From: Planctomycetota bacterium
GTDB lineage: Bacteria > Planctomycetota > Phycisphaerae > Phycisphaerales > SM1A02
DNA length: 64,000 bases
Assembly: GCA_027618565.1 (NCBI GenBank)
Contig: JAQCEQ010000008.1
Span: forward strand, 688 to 64,687
Reading direction: 5' to 3'
Under the pieces are notes generated by a model, which worked only from the letters and a program-made list of their open reading frames with translations, did not search any database and was not told the origin of the DNA. The first letter of the stretch is position 1. Every line of letters begins with the position of its first letter. Below, one piece after another: positions 1 to 6,587 of the stretch. A program made the translations under genes and the position numbers.

Positions 1-1
1 T

Positions 2-550
2 TCCAGCAATCCCCAGGAACCAGTACAGGAGTGGTATCCGGGCGATGACCTCTTCTCCGTAGCCACACGCCGACGGGGCATTCCCATCGGAAACCTCACC
101 AGCCAGTTCTTTGCCAATGTGTTTCTTGACCGCGTCGACCACATCATGATGGATCGGCTTGGCTGTGGCGAGTACATCCGGTACTGCGATGACTTCCTGG
201 TCTTTGGAGATGACTGCAGCGACCTGTGGGCTGTCCGCGAGGCCGCGTCGCAGGCGCTGACGGACCAGCGACTGACGCTCCACGAGCGCAAGGGCGGCGT
301 TCACCGCACCAGCAGTCCGGTGCCCTTTCTCGGCTTTACCCTGCGTGGATCGACCCGGCGACTCCAGCGAGCCAGTCTCGTGCGTGCCACGCGGCGACTG
401 CGGGGGTACGCGGCGGGCCTCCGCATGGGCGCGATGTCCTCGGAAGCGGTCGCGGCTGGGATTGCTGCATGGGTGGGGCATGCCCGGTATGCAACCAATC
501 CGGGGCTGGTTTCCAAGGTGTTGGCGCGCGCGGGTGTGGACTCGCGGTAG
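2..550 (+). CDS. Diversity-generating retroelement (DGR) reverse transcriptase, 3' portion (5' end cut by window edge)
   Basis: The frame is open from base 2. The translation ...[24 protein letters not shown]... carries the IGxxxSQ variant of RT motif 4 typical of DGR RTs, followed by [12 protein letters not shown] (YxDD box). Stop TAG at 548-550. An AAC-rich template repeat begins 3 nt later. Confidence 0.85.
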   Translation, partial: SSNPQEPVQEWYPGDDLFSVATRRRGIPIGNLTSQFFANVFLDRVDHIMMDRLGCGEYIRYCDDFLVFGDDCSDLWAVREAASQALTDQRLTLHERKGGVHRTSSPVPFLGFTLRGSTRRLQRASLVRATRRLRGYAAGLRMGAMSSEAVAAGIAAWVGHARYATNPGLVSKVLARAGVDSR

Positions 551-552
551 CC

Positions 553-720
553 TGCACGGCGGTACCGCGCCGAAACTGTTCGAACCGTGTGATCCGCGGC
601 GGCAGCTGGAACAACAACTCCAACAACTGCCGGGCCTCCAACCGCAACAACAACTCACCCGGCAACACGAACAACAACATCGGCTTCCGCCTCGTCAGCA
701 CTCCGAACACAGAGCCGTGC
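553..720 (+). other. DGR template repeat (TR), boundaries approximate
   Basis: One frame reads [43 protein letters not shown], a C-type-lectin/FGE-like DGR variable-region scaffold. 13 of the 23 codons between GGSW and IGFR are AAC (610-678). That frame has no protein body upstream, because it overlaps the RT out of frame, so this is the template and not a target gene. Confidence 0.75.
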
Positions 721-926
721 CGAGTGATCGGCCGGGAGATGCACGGAGTCCAGGTGCGGGGCCAGGGTTGGTGGTGAATGGGACGCGACGATGTCGCACC
801 CGGTCCCGCCGGTCCGAATCAGCCGTGAACTGCCGCTCCCCGGGAACCCGGGTCGCGGTGGTTCTGCCGCGTGATGTAGTTATAGGACTACTAGGAGCCA
901 GTCTCTAGCGTTGTTTTTGCCAAAAG

Positions 927-954
927 TTGCACAGATCTGTGCATATGTTACACT
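927..954 (+). promoter_or_regulatory. Putative vapBC promoter with palindromic operator
   Basis: AT-rich island with TTGCAC(927-932)-N16-TACACT(949-954)-N6-ATG(961). A perfect 16-bp palindrome TGCACAGATCTGTGCA (928-943) covers the -35/spacer. Confidence 0.4.
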
Positions 955-960
955 GCATGC

Positions 961-1221
961 ATGGCGCATAAGACCATCAGCCTGGACCTGGCGGCCTACG
1001 ACGCGCTGCGCGCTCGGAGGCTCGCACCCGACGAGTCATTTTCGCGCGTGGTGCTTCGGCTCTCGGCGCACGCCCCCCAGTCTGCGAGCGGGAGCGCGCT
1101 GGTGGACAAGCTGCTCGCAGACGGAGAGTCGCTCTGGTTCCCGCCGGAAGAAGAACTGGACCGGCTTGATGCCATCCAGGCAAGCCCGCGCCCGCGTCGC
1201 GATCGCCGGAGGGAGGCGTGA
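961..1221 (+). CDS. VapB-type antitoxin
   Basis: 86 aa. The N-terminus MAHKTISLDLAAYDALRARRLAPDESFSRVVLRL matches the small antitoxin family usually paired with PIN toxins. The stop overlaps the vapC start (GTGA). Confidence 0.7.
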   Translation: MAHKTISLDLAAYDALRARRLAPDESFSRVVLRLSAHAPQSASGSALVDKLLADGESLWFPPEEELDRLDAIQASPRPRRDRRREA

Positions 1222-1604
1222 TCGCCGACACGACCTTTCTCATCGACCTCGAACGCGAGGTGAAGCGTCGCACTCCCGGCCGCGCCGCAGGTGTGCTGGC
1301 TTCACGCCAGGGCGTGGTGGTCGGCGTCAGTGTGGTGGCATCCGCTGAACTCAGCGAGGGCTACGACGACGCCAGCCGCACTTCCGTCGCCCGGTTTCTG
1401 CAGCACTTCGAGCTGCTGCCCGTGGACGCGGAGACCGCTTGGATCTGGAGTCGGCTGAGCCAACGCGCTCGCTCCGAGGGGCGGGTGGTTGGTGACAACG
1501 ACCTCTGGATCGCCGCCACGGCTGCGCGTCACGCACGCCCGCTCATCACGCGCAACGCGCGGGATTTCGCCGATCTCCCCGGCGTCGTCGTGCTGGCGTA
1601 CTGA
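1218..1604 (+). CDS. vapC: PIN-domain ribonuclease toxin VapC
   Basis: 128 aa with N-terminal IADTTFLID (first acidic residue), internal SAELSEG, GDNDLWIAATA and C-terminal ITRNARDF, the PIN acidic tetrad pattern. It is translationally coupled to the upstream antitoxin. Confidence 0.85.
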   Translation: MIADTTFLIDLEREVKRRTPGRAAGVLASRQGVVVGVSVVASAELSEGYDDASRTSVARFLQHFELLPVDAETAWIWSRLSQRARSEGRVVGDNDLWIAATAARHARPLITRNARDFADLPGVVVLAY

Positions 1605-1608
1605 CGAC

Positions 1609-1689
1609 GGGATCGCGGCGCGCGTTTACTCCACAGGGATCGCGGCGCGCGTTTACTCCACAGGGATCGCGGCGCGCGTTTACTCCCCG
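1609..1689. repeat. 27-bp tandem repeat x3 (GGGATCGCGGCGCGCGTTTACTCCACA)
   Basis: Copies at 1609-1635 and 1636-1662 are identical. The copy at 1663-1689 diverges in its last 3 nt. Located in the convergent vapC/thiG intergenic region. Confidence 0.95.
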
Positions 1690-1695
1690 AGAATC

Positions 1696-1749
1696 GCGGC
1701 ACCTGCGGCACCTGCGGCACCTGCGGCACCTGCGGCACCTGCGAGTGCC
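1696..1749. repeat. 9-bp tandem repeat x5 plus one degenerate unit (GCGGCACCT)
   Basis: Five perfect units span 1696-1740, followed by GCGAGTGCC at 1741-1749. Confidence 0.95.
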
Positions 1750-1755
1750 GCCGAC

Positions 1756-2604
1756 TCACTCGCCCGCGATCGTCCCCTCCCACGGGCTGCTCGCCGTGGC
1801 GTAGAGCTTGCGAGGAATCCGACCCGCACGCGCGCCGATATAGCCGGATTCGCAGGCCATTCGCATCGCGTGGGCCATCGCGACTGGGTCTTTCGCGTGC
1901 GCGATGCCGGTGTTGAGCAGCACGCCGTCCGCGCCAAGTTCCATCGCGATCGTGATGTCGCTGGGTGTGCCCACGCCAGCGTCCACGATGACTGGATAGT
2001 CGGCCGAGCCGCCATGCGCAGGATCCTTGAGGAGTTCAAGAATGATTCGAATGGCCGCGGGATTGGCCGTGCCACGCCCCGAGCCGATCGGGCTGCCAGC
2101 GGGCATCACGCTGGTGGCGCCCGCGTCACGAAGTCGAACCGCCATGATGGGATCGTCGCTTGAGTAGCAGAGCACGCTGAATCCGTCGGCGACCAGTTCC
2201 TTGCAGGCTTCCAGCGTGCCCACCGGATCCGGCAGCAGCGTCTTCTTGTCGCCGAGCACTTCAAGCTTCACCCAGCTGGCGCCGGGATTCCCCAGTTGCT
2301 CCAGGAGGTCGCGGCCAAGTCTGGCCACTCGCACCGCGTCGGCGGCCGTGAAGCAACCCGCGGTGTTGGGGAGAATCGTGAGTCGATCCAGCGGGAGTTC
2401 CTCAAGGAGCGACTTCCCCTCCGCGTTCACCAGCCGCTCGCGTCGCACCGCGACCGTCACCGCGTCCGCGCCGCTCGCGTCCAGCGCCCGGCGCATGGTG
2501 GCAAAGTCGGCGTACTTGCCGGTGCCAACGATGAGTCGGCTCCTCAGCGTGAAGGGGCCAATGGAGAGGGCGGGGACGAGTTCGGTGGCGGTCACGGAGG
2601 CCAT
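1756..2604 (-). CDS. thiG: Thiazole synthase ThiG
   Basis: 282 aa, full-length match by eye to ThiG (...RLIVGTGKY...ILPNTAGC...KLEVLGD...[11 protein letters not shown]...[12 protein letters not shown]...GVLLNTGIA...). Confidence 0.95.
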   Translation of the reverse strand: MASVTATELVPALSIGPFTLRSRLIVGTGKYADFATMRRALDASGADAVTVAVRRERLVNAEGKSLLEELPLDRLTILPNTAGCFTAADAVRVARLGRDLLEQLGNPGASWVKLEVLGDKKTLLPDPVGTLEACKELVADGFSVLCYSSDDPIMAVRLRDAGATSVMPAGSPIGSGRGTANPAAIRIILELLKDPAHGGSADYPVIVDAGVGTPSDITIAMELGADGVLLNTGIAHAKDPVAMAHAMRMACESGYIGARAGRIPRKLYATASSPWEGTIAGE

Positions 2605-2630
2605 GCCGCAATCGTAGTTGGGACGACTGG

Positions 2631-2657
2631 CTCAGCTCGCTCAGCTCGCTCAGCTAC
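2631..2657. repeat. 9-bp tandem repeat x3 (CTCAGCTCG) in the thiS-thiG intercistronic spacer
   Basis: Units at 2631-2639 and 2640-2648 are perfect. The unit at 2649-2657 has 2 mismatches. Confidence 0.9.
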
Positions 2658-2660
2658 GGT

Positions 2661-2885
2661 TCACCCGCCGCCGACGAGCGTCACGATCTCGACTCGCTGT
2701 CCGTCCGCAAGCCGGCGCGTGGCGTGGTCGCGGTGGCGGACGATCTCGCCGTCCACCTCTACCGCGCATGGGCGATCCGCAAGCCCTAGGTGCACGAGCA
2801 GTTCGTGCACGGTGACACGCTCACCGCCCGCCCCGTCCGGGCCCGCGGGAATCTGGCGATCGGTGCCGTTCACTCGCAGGGTCAT
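2661..2885 (-). CDS. thiS: Sulfur-carrier protein ThiS
   Basis: 74 aa, MTLRVNGT...VEIVTLVGGG with the C-terminal GG, directly upstream of thiG. Only the last 74 codons of track ORF 2661..3626 are taken. Confidence 0.85.
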   Translation of the reverse strand: MTLRVNGTDRQIPAGPDGAGGERVTVHELLVHLGLADRPCAVEVDGEIVRHRDHATRRLADGQRVEIVTLVGGG

Positions 2886-2906
2886 CGCACCTATCCTAGA
2901 AGCAGA

Positions 2907-3707
2907 GTGCGCCAACGCCTTCGGAAGTCGATCCTCCAGTTGCTGCCCGTGCTCGCGTGCTTCCTCGCCGCCTGCGGCGACAAGCCCGCGTACGACACCT
3001 CCACGCCCGAGGCGATGCTGGCGTCGCTCCAGCAGGCGATCCAGGAGGGCCACCCCGAGATCATTCCGCAGCTGATCGACCTCCCTGCGCGTGACATCAC
3101 CTTTGCCGACGGCGTGACGGAAGCCAGTGCCATCGGCGAAGTCAAGGGCAAGGCCGGCGACATGCTGGCGCAGCTGTGGCGCATCACGGAGAAGCTCCGC
3201 GCGCGGTATCCCGACGAGTTCGGCGACGAGGCGCAGGGCGCCTTTGACAAGGTGGACGAAATGCTGCCTTTGGCCGCCTACGGCAAGTACACGGCGAAGT
3301 TTCTGGCGGATCCGTTCGGTTTCATTTCGGAGCAGCGGGAGAAACTCACCGCCGAGGACATGGGCGATGGCACCGCCGCACTCCTCTACGAGGACGAGCC
3401 GATCTTTGAGGGTGCCGTCACACTGGTCGAGACCGACGACGGCTGGAAGTTCGCGGTCCCGCTCGACACGATGCGCGGCAGCGAGTACTTCCCCGACACG
3501 CGTGAGGAATGGTCGATCCTCGCCAGCCTGCTCCTCACGATGGAGAACGCGATGATCGACTTCGAGGACGAGCTGGACGCCGGCAAGTTCAAGACGATGC
3601 GCGCCGCCAGCGAGCGCGTGGGCCAAACCGTCGGAGCCAGCGTCATCGTGCAGTCCCTCGTCTACGCCGCGATGAAGCGAGACGACTCCCCGCCGGCGAC
3701 GCCTTGA
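2907..3707 (+). CDS. Hypothetical lipoprotein
   Basis: An in-frame GTG at 2907 gives VRQRLRKSILQLLPVLACFLAACGD (signal peptide plus lipobox LAAC). The remainder is an acidic, protein-like sequence. Its stop TGA (3705-3707) lies inside the first CTTGAAACGGT half-site. Confidence 0.65.
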   Translation: MRQRLRKSILQLLPVLACFLAACGDKPAYDTSTPEAMLASLQQAIQEGHPEIIPQLIDLPARDITFADGVTEASAIGEVKGKAGDMLAQLWRITEKLRARYPDEFGDEAQGAFDKVDEMLPLAAYGKYTAKFLADPFGFISEQREKLTAEDMGDGTAALLYEDEPIFEGAVTLVETDDGWKFAVPLDTMRGSEYFPDTREEWSILASLLLTMENAMIDFEDELDAGKFKTMRAASERVGQTVGASVIVQSLVYAAMKRDDSPPATP

Positions 3708-3776
3708 AACGGTCGAACCCCCGCCGGCGACGCCTTGAAACGGTCGAACCCGCGCCGGCGACGCCTTGAAACGGTC
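3690..3776. repeat. 31-bp tandem repeat x2.8 (CCGCCGGCGACGCCTTGAAACGGTCGAACCC)
   Basis: Units 3690-3720 and 3721-3751 are identical. A partial third unit at 3752-3776 runs into the hairpin loop. Each unit carries CTTGAAACGGT (3703, 3734, 3765) and repeats the last codons and stop of the lipoprotein gene. Confidence 0.95.
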
Positions 3777-3816
3777 AGGATTTGCTGCTTAAGTCACGAT
3801 TCCCACCGTTTCAAGG
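3764..3816. repeat. Hairpin element copy 1 (12-bp stem CCTTGAAACGGT/ACCGTTTCAAGG, 29-nt AT-richer loop)
   Basis: The arms at 3764-3775 and 3805-3816 are perfect reverse complements. The loop is CAGGATTTGCTGCTTAAGTCACGATTCCC. Located between the convergent lipoprotein and DUF559 genes. Confidence 0.9.
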
Positions 3817-3896
3817 GTGAGACGGCGACGCACCGCTCGCGCGCAACCGTTTCAAGGGTGAGACGGCGACGCACCGCTCGCGCGCAACCGTTTCAG
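3805..3896. repeat. 41-bp tandem repeat x2.2 (ACCGTTTCAAGGGTGAGACGGCGACGCACCGCTCGCGCGCA)
   Basis: Units 3805-3845 and 3846-3886 are identical. A degenerate start of a third unit (ACCGTTTCAG) lies at 3887-3896. The repeat duplicates the 3' end and stop codon of the DUF559 gene. Confidence 0.95.
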
Positions 3897-4880
3897 TGTC
3901 GCTTGCACCATGCCAGCCACCGCGCGGGGGTCGTCGGTCAGCGATTTCCAGGTGGCGTGCACCACCGTCCAGCCACCCAGCTGCAGGTCGTTGCGGCGAT
4001 CTCGATCCCGCTCGAACGCGGCATCGCTCGTATGAAAAGCCTTCCCGTCCACTTCCAAGGCCAGCCGGCAATCGGGCCAGGCGAAATCGATCCGTGCCAG
4101 GCGGTGCGAGAACCCCGCCTTCTTGGCCACCGGAACCCGCACGCTGTGGTTGGCGTGCCAGCCCGATCGACCGCCGGGTCGATTCCGCGCGCTGAGGAGT
4201 GCCCGCCGCATGAGCCGTTCCGCCGCTGAGTGGGTGCCATCGCGCAGGTGCCTGAGTGCCTGGCGTTCTGCCGCGTTGGAGCGCCGTCCTTGCCGACCGG
4301 CGGATCGGCCCGCGAGCCGCCGCTGGGCCTCGTCCACGCGAATCCAGCGACGCTGCAAGCAGTGATCCAGGAAGTCCGCGCGGAGGTCCGTGGGAACCAC
4401 CTGCAACGTGTCCAGGAGAGCAGTCAATCGATCCGCAAAGACCAAGTCGCGGCGGTGAATGGCACGCCCGTCGAATTGGCGTCGCAGGACCCTCGCGCCG
4501 GCCACGCTGATGTGTCGATTGACGGACGCGTAGGCCATTGGCGTGATCGCGCAGAATCGAGTGGCCCAGTCGCCATCGCACCCCAGAATCTGCGCCGCCG
4601 CCGCGCCGGTGATGACCGCCCCAGCGCCCAGTCGAAGCGTGAGCGCCTGGGCGTCGGCGCGGGACCGGCGCGTGACGGCGGATGGAATGAGCAGGCATTC
4701 CAGGTGCTTTCGCAGAAACCCTTGGCGTTCCAGCGTCGCCAGTCGGCGGCGCGAGCAGCCAAGCGCCAGTGCTTGTGGGCGTGTGACCACGCCCTGCTGG
4801 ACGCTTGCGAGCGAAGTCAAGTCATTCGTCGCGGCAGGTGTTCGTGATCGCGGAGTGATCGAGCCACGGTAAGGCAGCAA
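3852..4880 (-). CDS. DUF559 (Vsr-like endonuclease fold) protein with AbiEi-like N-terminal wHTH
   Basis: The C-terminus ...IDFAWPDCRLALEVDGKAFHTSDAAFERDRDRRNDLQLGGWTVVHATW is the DUF559 signature. The N-terminus QQGVVTRPQALALGCSRRRLATLERQG is AbiEi_4-like. There is no ATG near the 5' end; TTG at 4880 or TTG at 4820 are the possible starts. Confidence 0.8.
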   Translation of the reverse strand: MLPYRGSITPRSRTPAATNDLTSLASVQQGVVTRPQALALGCSRRRLATLERQGFLRKHLECLLIPSAVTRRSRADAQALTLRLGAGAVITGAAAAQILGCDGDWATRFCAITPMAYASVNRHISVAGARVLRRQFDGRAIHRRDLVFADRLTALLDTLQVVPTDLRADFLDHCLQRRWIRVDEAQRRLAGRSAGRQGRRSNAAERQALRHLRDGTHSAAERLMRRALLSARNRPGGRSGWHANHSVRVPVAKKAGFSHRLARIDFAWPDCRLALEVDGKAFHTSDAAFERDRDRRNDLQLGGWTVVHATWKSLTDDPRAVAGMVQATLKRLRASGASPSHP

Positions 4881-4930
4881 GACCGCGATTCGCCAAAGCG
4901 CAGCGGAAGTTCTTTCGGGTCCCGGTCATG

Positions 4931-5023
4931 CCTTGAAACGGTCGGGATTTGCTGCTTAAGTCACAATTCCCACCGTTTCAAGCCGTGCGGCGTGCGGCAC
5001 AGGGTCGATTCCACCGTTTCAAG
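4931..5023. repeat. Hairpin element copy 2 plus one extra half-site
   Basis: Arms at 4932-4942 and 4972-4982 form an 11-bp stem. The 29-nt loop differs from copy 1 at only 2 positions. An extra ACCGTTTCAAG lies at 5013-5023, 41 bp from the previous one and 4 nt beyond the transporter stop. Confidence 0.9.
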
Positions 5024-5027
5024 CGAC

Positions 5028-6557
5028 TCACCCCCGCAGGAAGACCCAGCTCAGCACCACAAAGACCGGGATCAGCACCAGCATGCTGAATGCCATGTAA
5101 CCGAAGAAGCTGGGCATCCGCACGCCCGACCGCTCCGCAATCGCCTTGACCATGAAGTTTGGCCCGTTGCCGATGTAGGTGCTGGCACCCATAAAGACCG
5201 CGCCCAGCGAGATGGCCGCGAGCAGGTCTCCTCGCACCGCGCCGTCCGTCAGCGGAATCATCGGAATGGAGGCATCGGCCCCCACCCCCGGCCCCAGCGT
5301 TTTCGCCGTTTGGAGGAACACCAGGTAGGTCGGCGCGTTGTCCAGCATGCTGCTCAACACACCGGTCACCCAGAAGAATTTCATTGGTGTGTCCACGCCC
5401 AGCGAGGCTCCCTTCGCGTGAAGGACTTCCAGCGGCACCTGCATCGTGATGAAGATGCCCGAGAAGAGCGCGGCCACTTCCACGATCGGGAACCAGCTGA
5501 ATTCGTTTTCCTCGCGCAGCGATCGAGGCGTGGCCCACATCGCCAGTCCGGCCAGCAGCACCATGAGTCCCTCGCGCAGGTACACAAACGGATACACGTC
5601 CGTCCCGGGGATCAGTCGGCTGGGGTCCAGCAGCGCCACGCACAGGACGATGCCGGCCAGGAATGGCAGGCTCCGCAGCCCCTCCACGCGCAGCGGCTGC
5701 GCCAGCACCACATCGCGCCTGAGGTCCGACTTCGCCTCCCGCTTGTACTCAATCGAGTCCCACACGAAGTAGATCGCGAGCAGCACGCCCGCGGCGAACG
5801 CCCACTCCACCCACAGAGTGGTCGTCCAGAGGAACGGAACGCCCTTGAGGTAGCCCAGGTAGAGCGGGGGATCGCCGATGGGAAGCAGCGTGCCACCGAT
5901 GTTGCTCACCAGGAAGATGAAGAAAACGACCGTGTGGACCAGCCGCCGACGCTCGCTGTTGACCTTGAGCAGGAACCGGATGAGCAGCATGCTGGCCCCG
6001 GTCGTGCCAACGACGCTGGCCATGCCAGTGCCCGCCGCCAGAATGAGCATGTTGGTCCAGGGCGTCGCCCGAAGGTCGCCCTTGATGACGATCCCGCTGG
6101 TCACCGCGAACAGCGACCCCAAGAGCACGATGAACGGGATGAACTCGTCAAGGATTGCGTGCTTGACGGCGCCTCCAGCCGTGGCCAGGGGTGGCCCGTG
6201 GGCTTGGTGAGCCGACCACGCCAAGTACCCAAGCGTCGCCACGGCACACACCATCGCCACCATGAACTTGGATCGATTCTCCTCCCACCAGTGATGCGTG
6301 GCCGGGATCAATGGAAGGACCGCGATGCACAGGAGGAGAATCGCGAACGGTGCCACGCCCAGTCCCCACGCTGCGGGAAGAATGGCCTGGGCGTGCGTGC
6401 CAACCTCGTGCGAACCCTCGTCAACCGGCGCATGGTGCCCCGGTCCGGCCAGTGCCACGCCGAGCGCGACGAGGCACACGGCTGCGGCGCAGAGCGCGAT
6501 GATCGCCTCGATGGAGAGGCGTTGTCGAGAATTATGGTGCGCCACCATGGGGCGCAC
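5028..6557 (-). CDS. IT-superfamily (NhaD/ArsB/CitMHS-like) ion transporter, putative Na+/H+ antiporter
   Basis: 509 aa, polytopic membrane protein. Motifs such as ...LLAAGTGMASVVGTTGASMLLIRF... and ...SSMLDNAPTYLVF... are typical of this family. Start is GTG at 6557 or ATG at 6548. Confidence 0.75.
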   Translation of the reverse strand: MRPMVAHHNSRQRLSIEAIIALCAAAVCLVALGVALAGPGHHAPVDEGSHEVGTHAQAILPAAWGLGVAPFAILLLCIAVLPLIPATHHWWEENRSKFMVAMVCAVATLGYLAWSAHQAHGPPLATAGGAVKHAILDEFIPFIVLLGSLFAVTSGIVIKGDLRATPWTNMLILAAGTGMASVVGTTGASMLLIRFLLKVNSERRRLVHTVVFFIFLVSNIGGTLLPIGDPPLYLGYLKGVPFLWTTTLWVEWAFAAGVLLAIYFVWDSIEYKREAKSDLRRDVVLAQPLRVEGLRSLPFLAGIVLCVALLDPSRLIPGTDVYPFVYLREGLMVLLAGLAMWATPRSLREENEFSWFPIVEVAALFSGIFITMQVPLEVLHAKGASLGVDTPMKFFWVTGVLSSMLDNAPTYLVFLQTAKTLGPGVGADASIPMIPLTDGAVRGDLLAAISLGAVFMGASTYIGNGPNFMVKAIAERSGVRMPSFFGYMAFSMLVLIPVFVVLSWVFLRG

Positions 6558-6587
6558 TGTAGCCGAGCAGGACTACGATCAGGACCC

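Noticed and set aside
226-908. Track ORFs 226..777 and 345..908 across the RT 3' end and TR
   Set aside because: They overlap the RT out of frame. Only the TR part looks protein-like (CLec scaffold) and has no N-terminal body. I interpret it as the non-coding DGR template, not as a CDS.
2886-3060. TPP riboswitch upstream of thiS
   Set aside because: Only ~21 nt separate thiS from the divergent lipoprotein start. I could not find the CUGAGA / ACCUGAUCUGGAUAAUGCCAGCG-like core on the minus strand. A covariance-model scan would be decisive.
2886-3626. Long N-terminal extension of ThiS (track ORF 2661..3626, 321 aa)
   Set aside because: Upstream of the MTLRVNGT start, the translation is Arg/Leu/His-rich antisense-type sequence. 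It overlaps a plausible signal-peptide lipoprotein gene on the plus strand.
1609-3896. CRISPR array
   Set aside because: The repeats are directly abutting tandem units with no unique spacers. The units are too short (9 bp) or are contiguous (27, 31, 41 bp). No cas genes are present.
3764-4982. Integron attC sites / gene cassette
   Set aside because: The stem cores (CTTGAAAC / GTTTCAAG) do not fit the RYYYAAC / GTTRRRY consensus. The loop is conserved between copies, unlike attC centres, and no intI is in the window. A different, non-integron cassette mechanism stays open (see findings).
4992-6587. First 532 codons of the 1199-aa track ORF
   Set aside because: This part is antisense to a well-supported 509-aa transporter gene. 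The real gene starts at ATG 6588 with a signal peptide.
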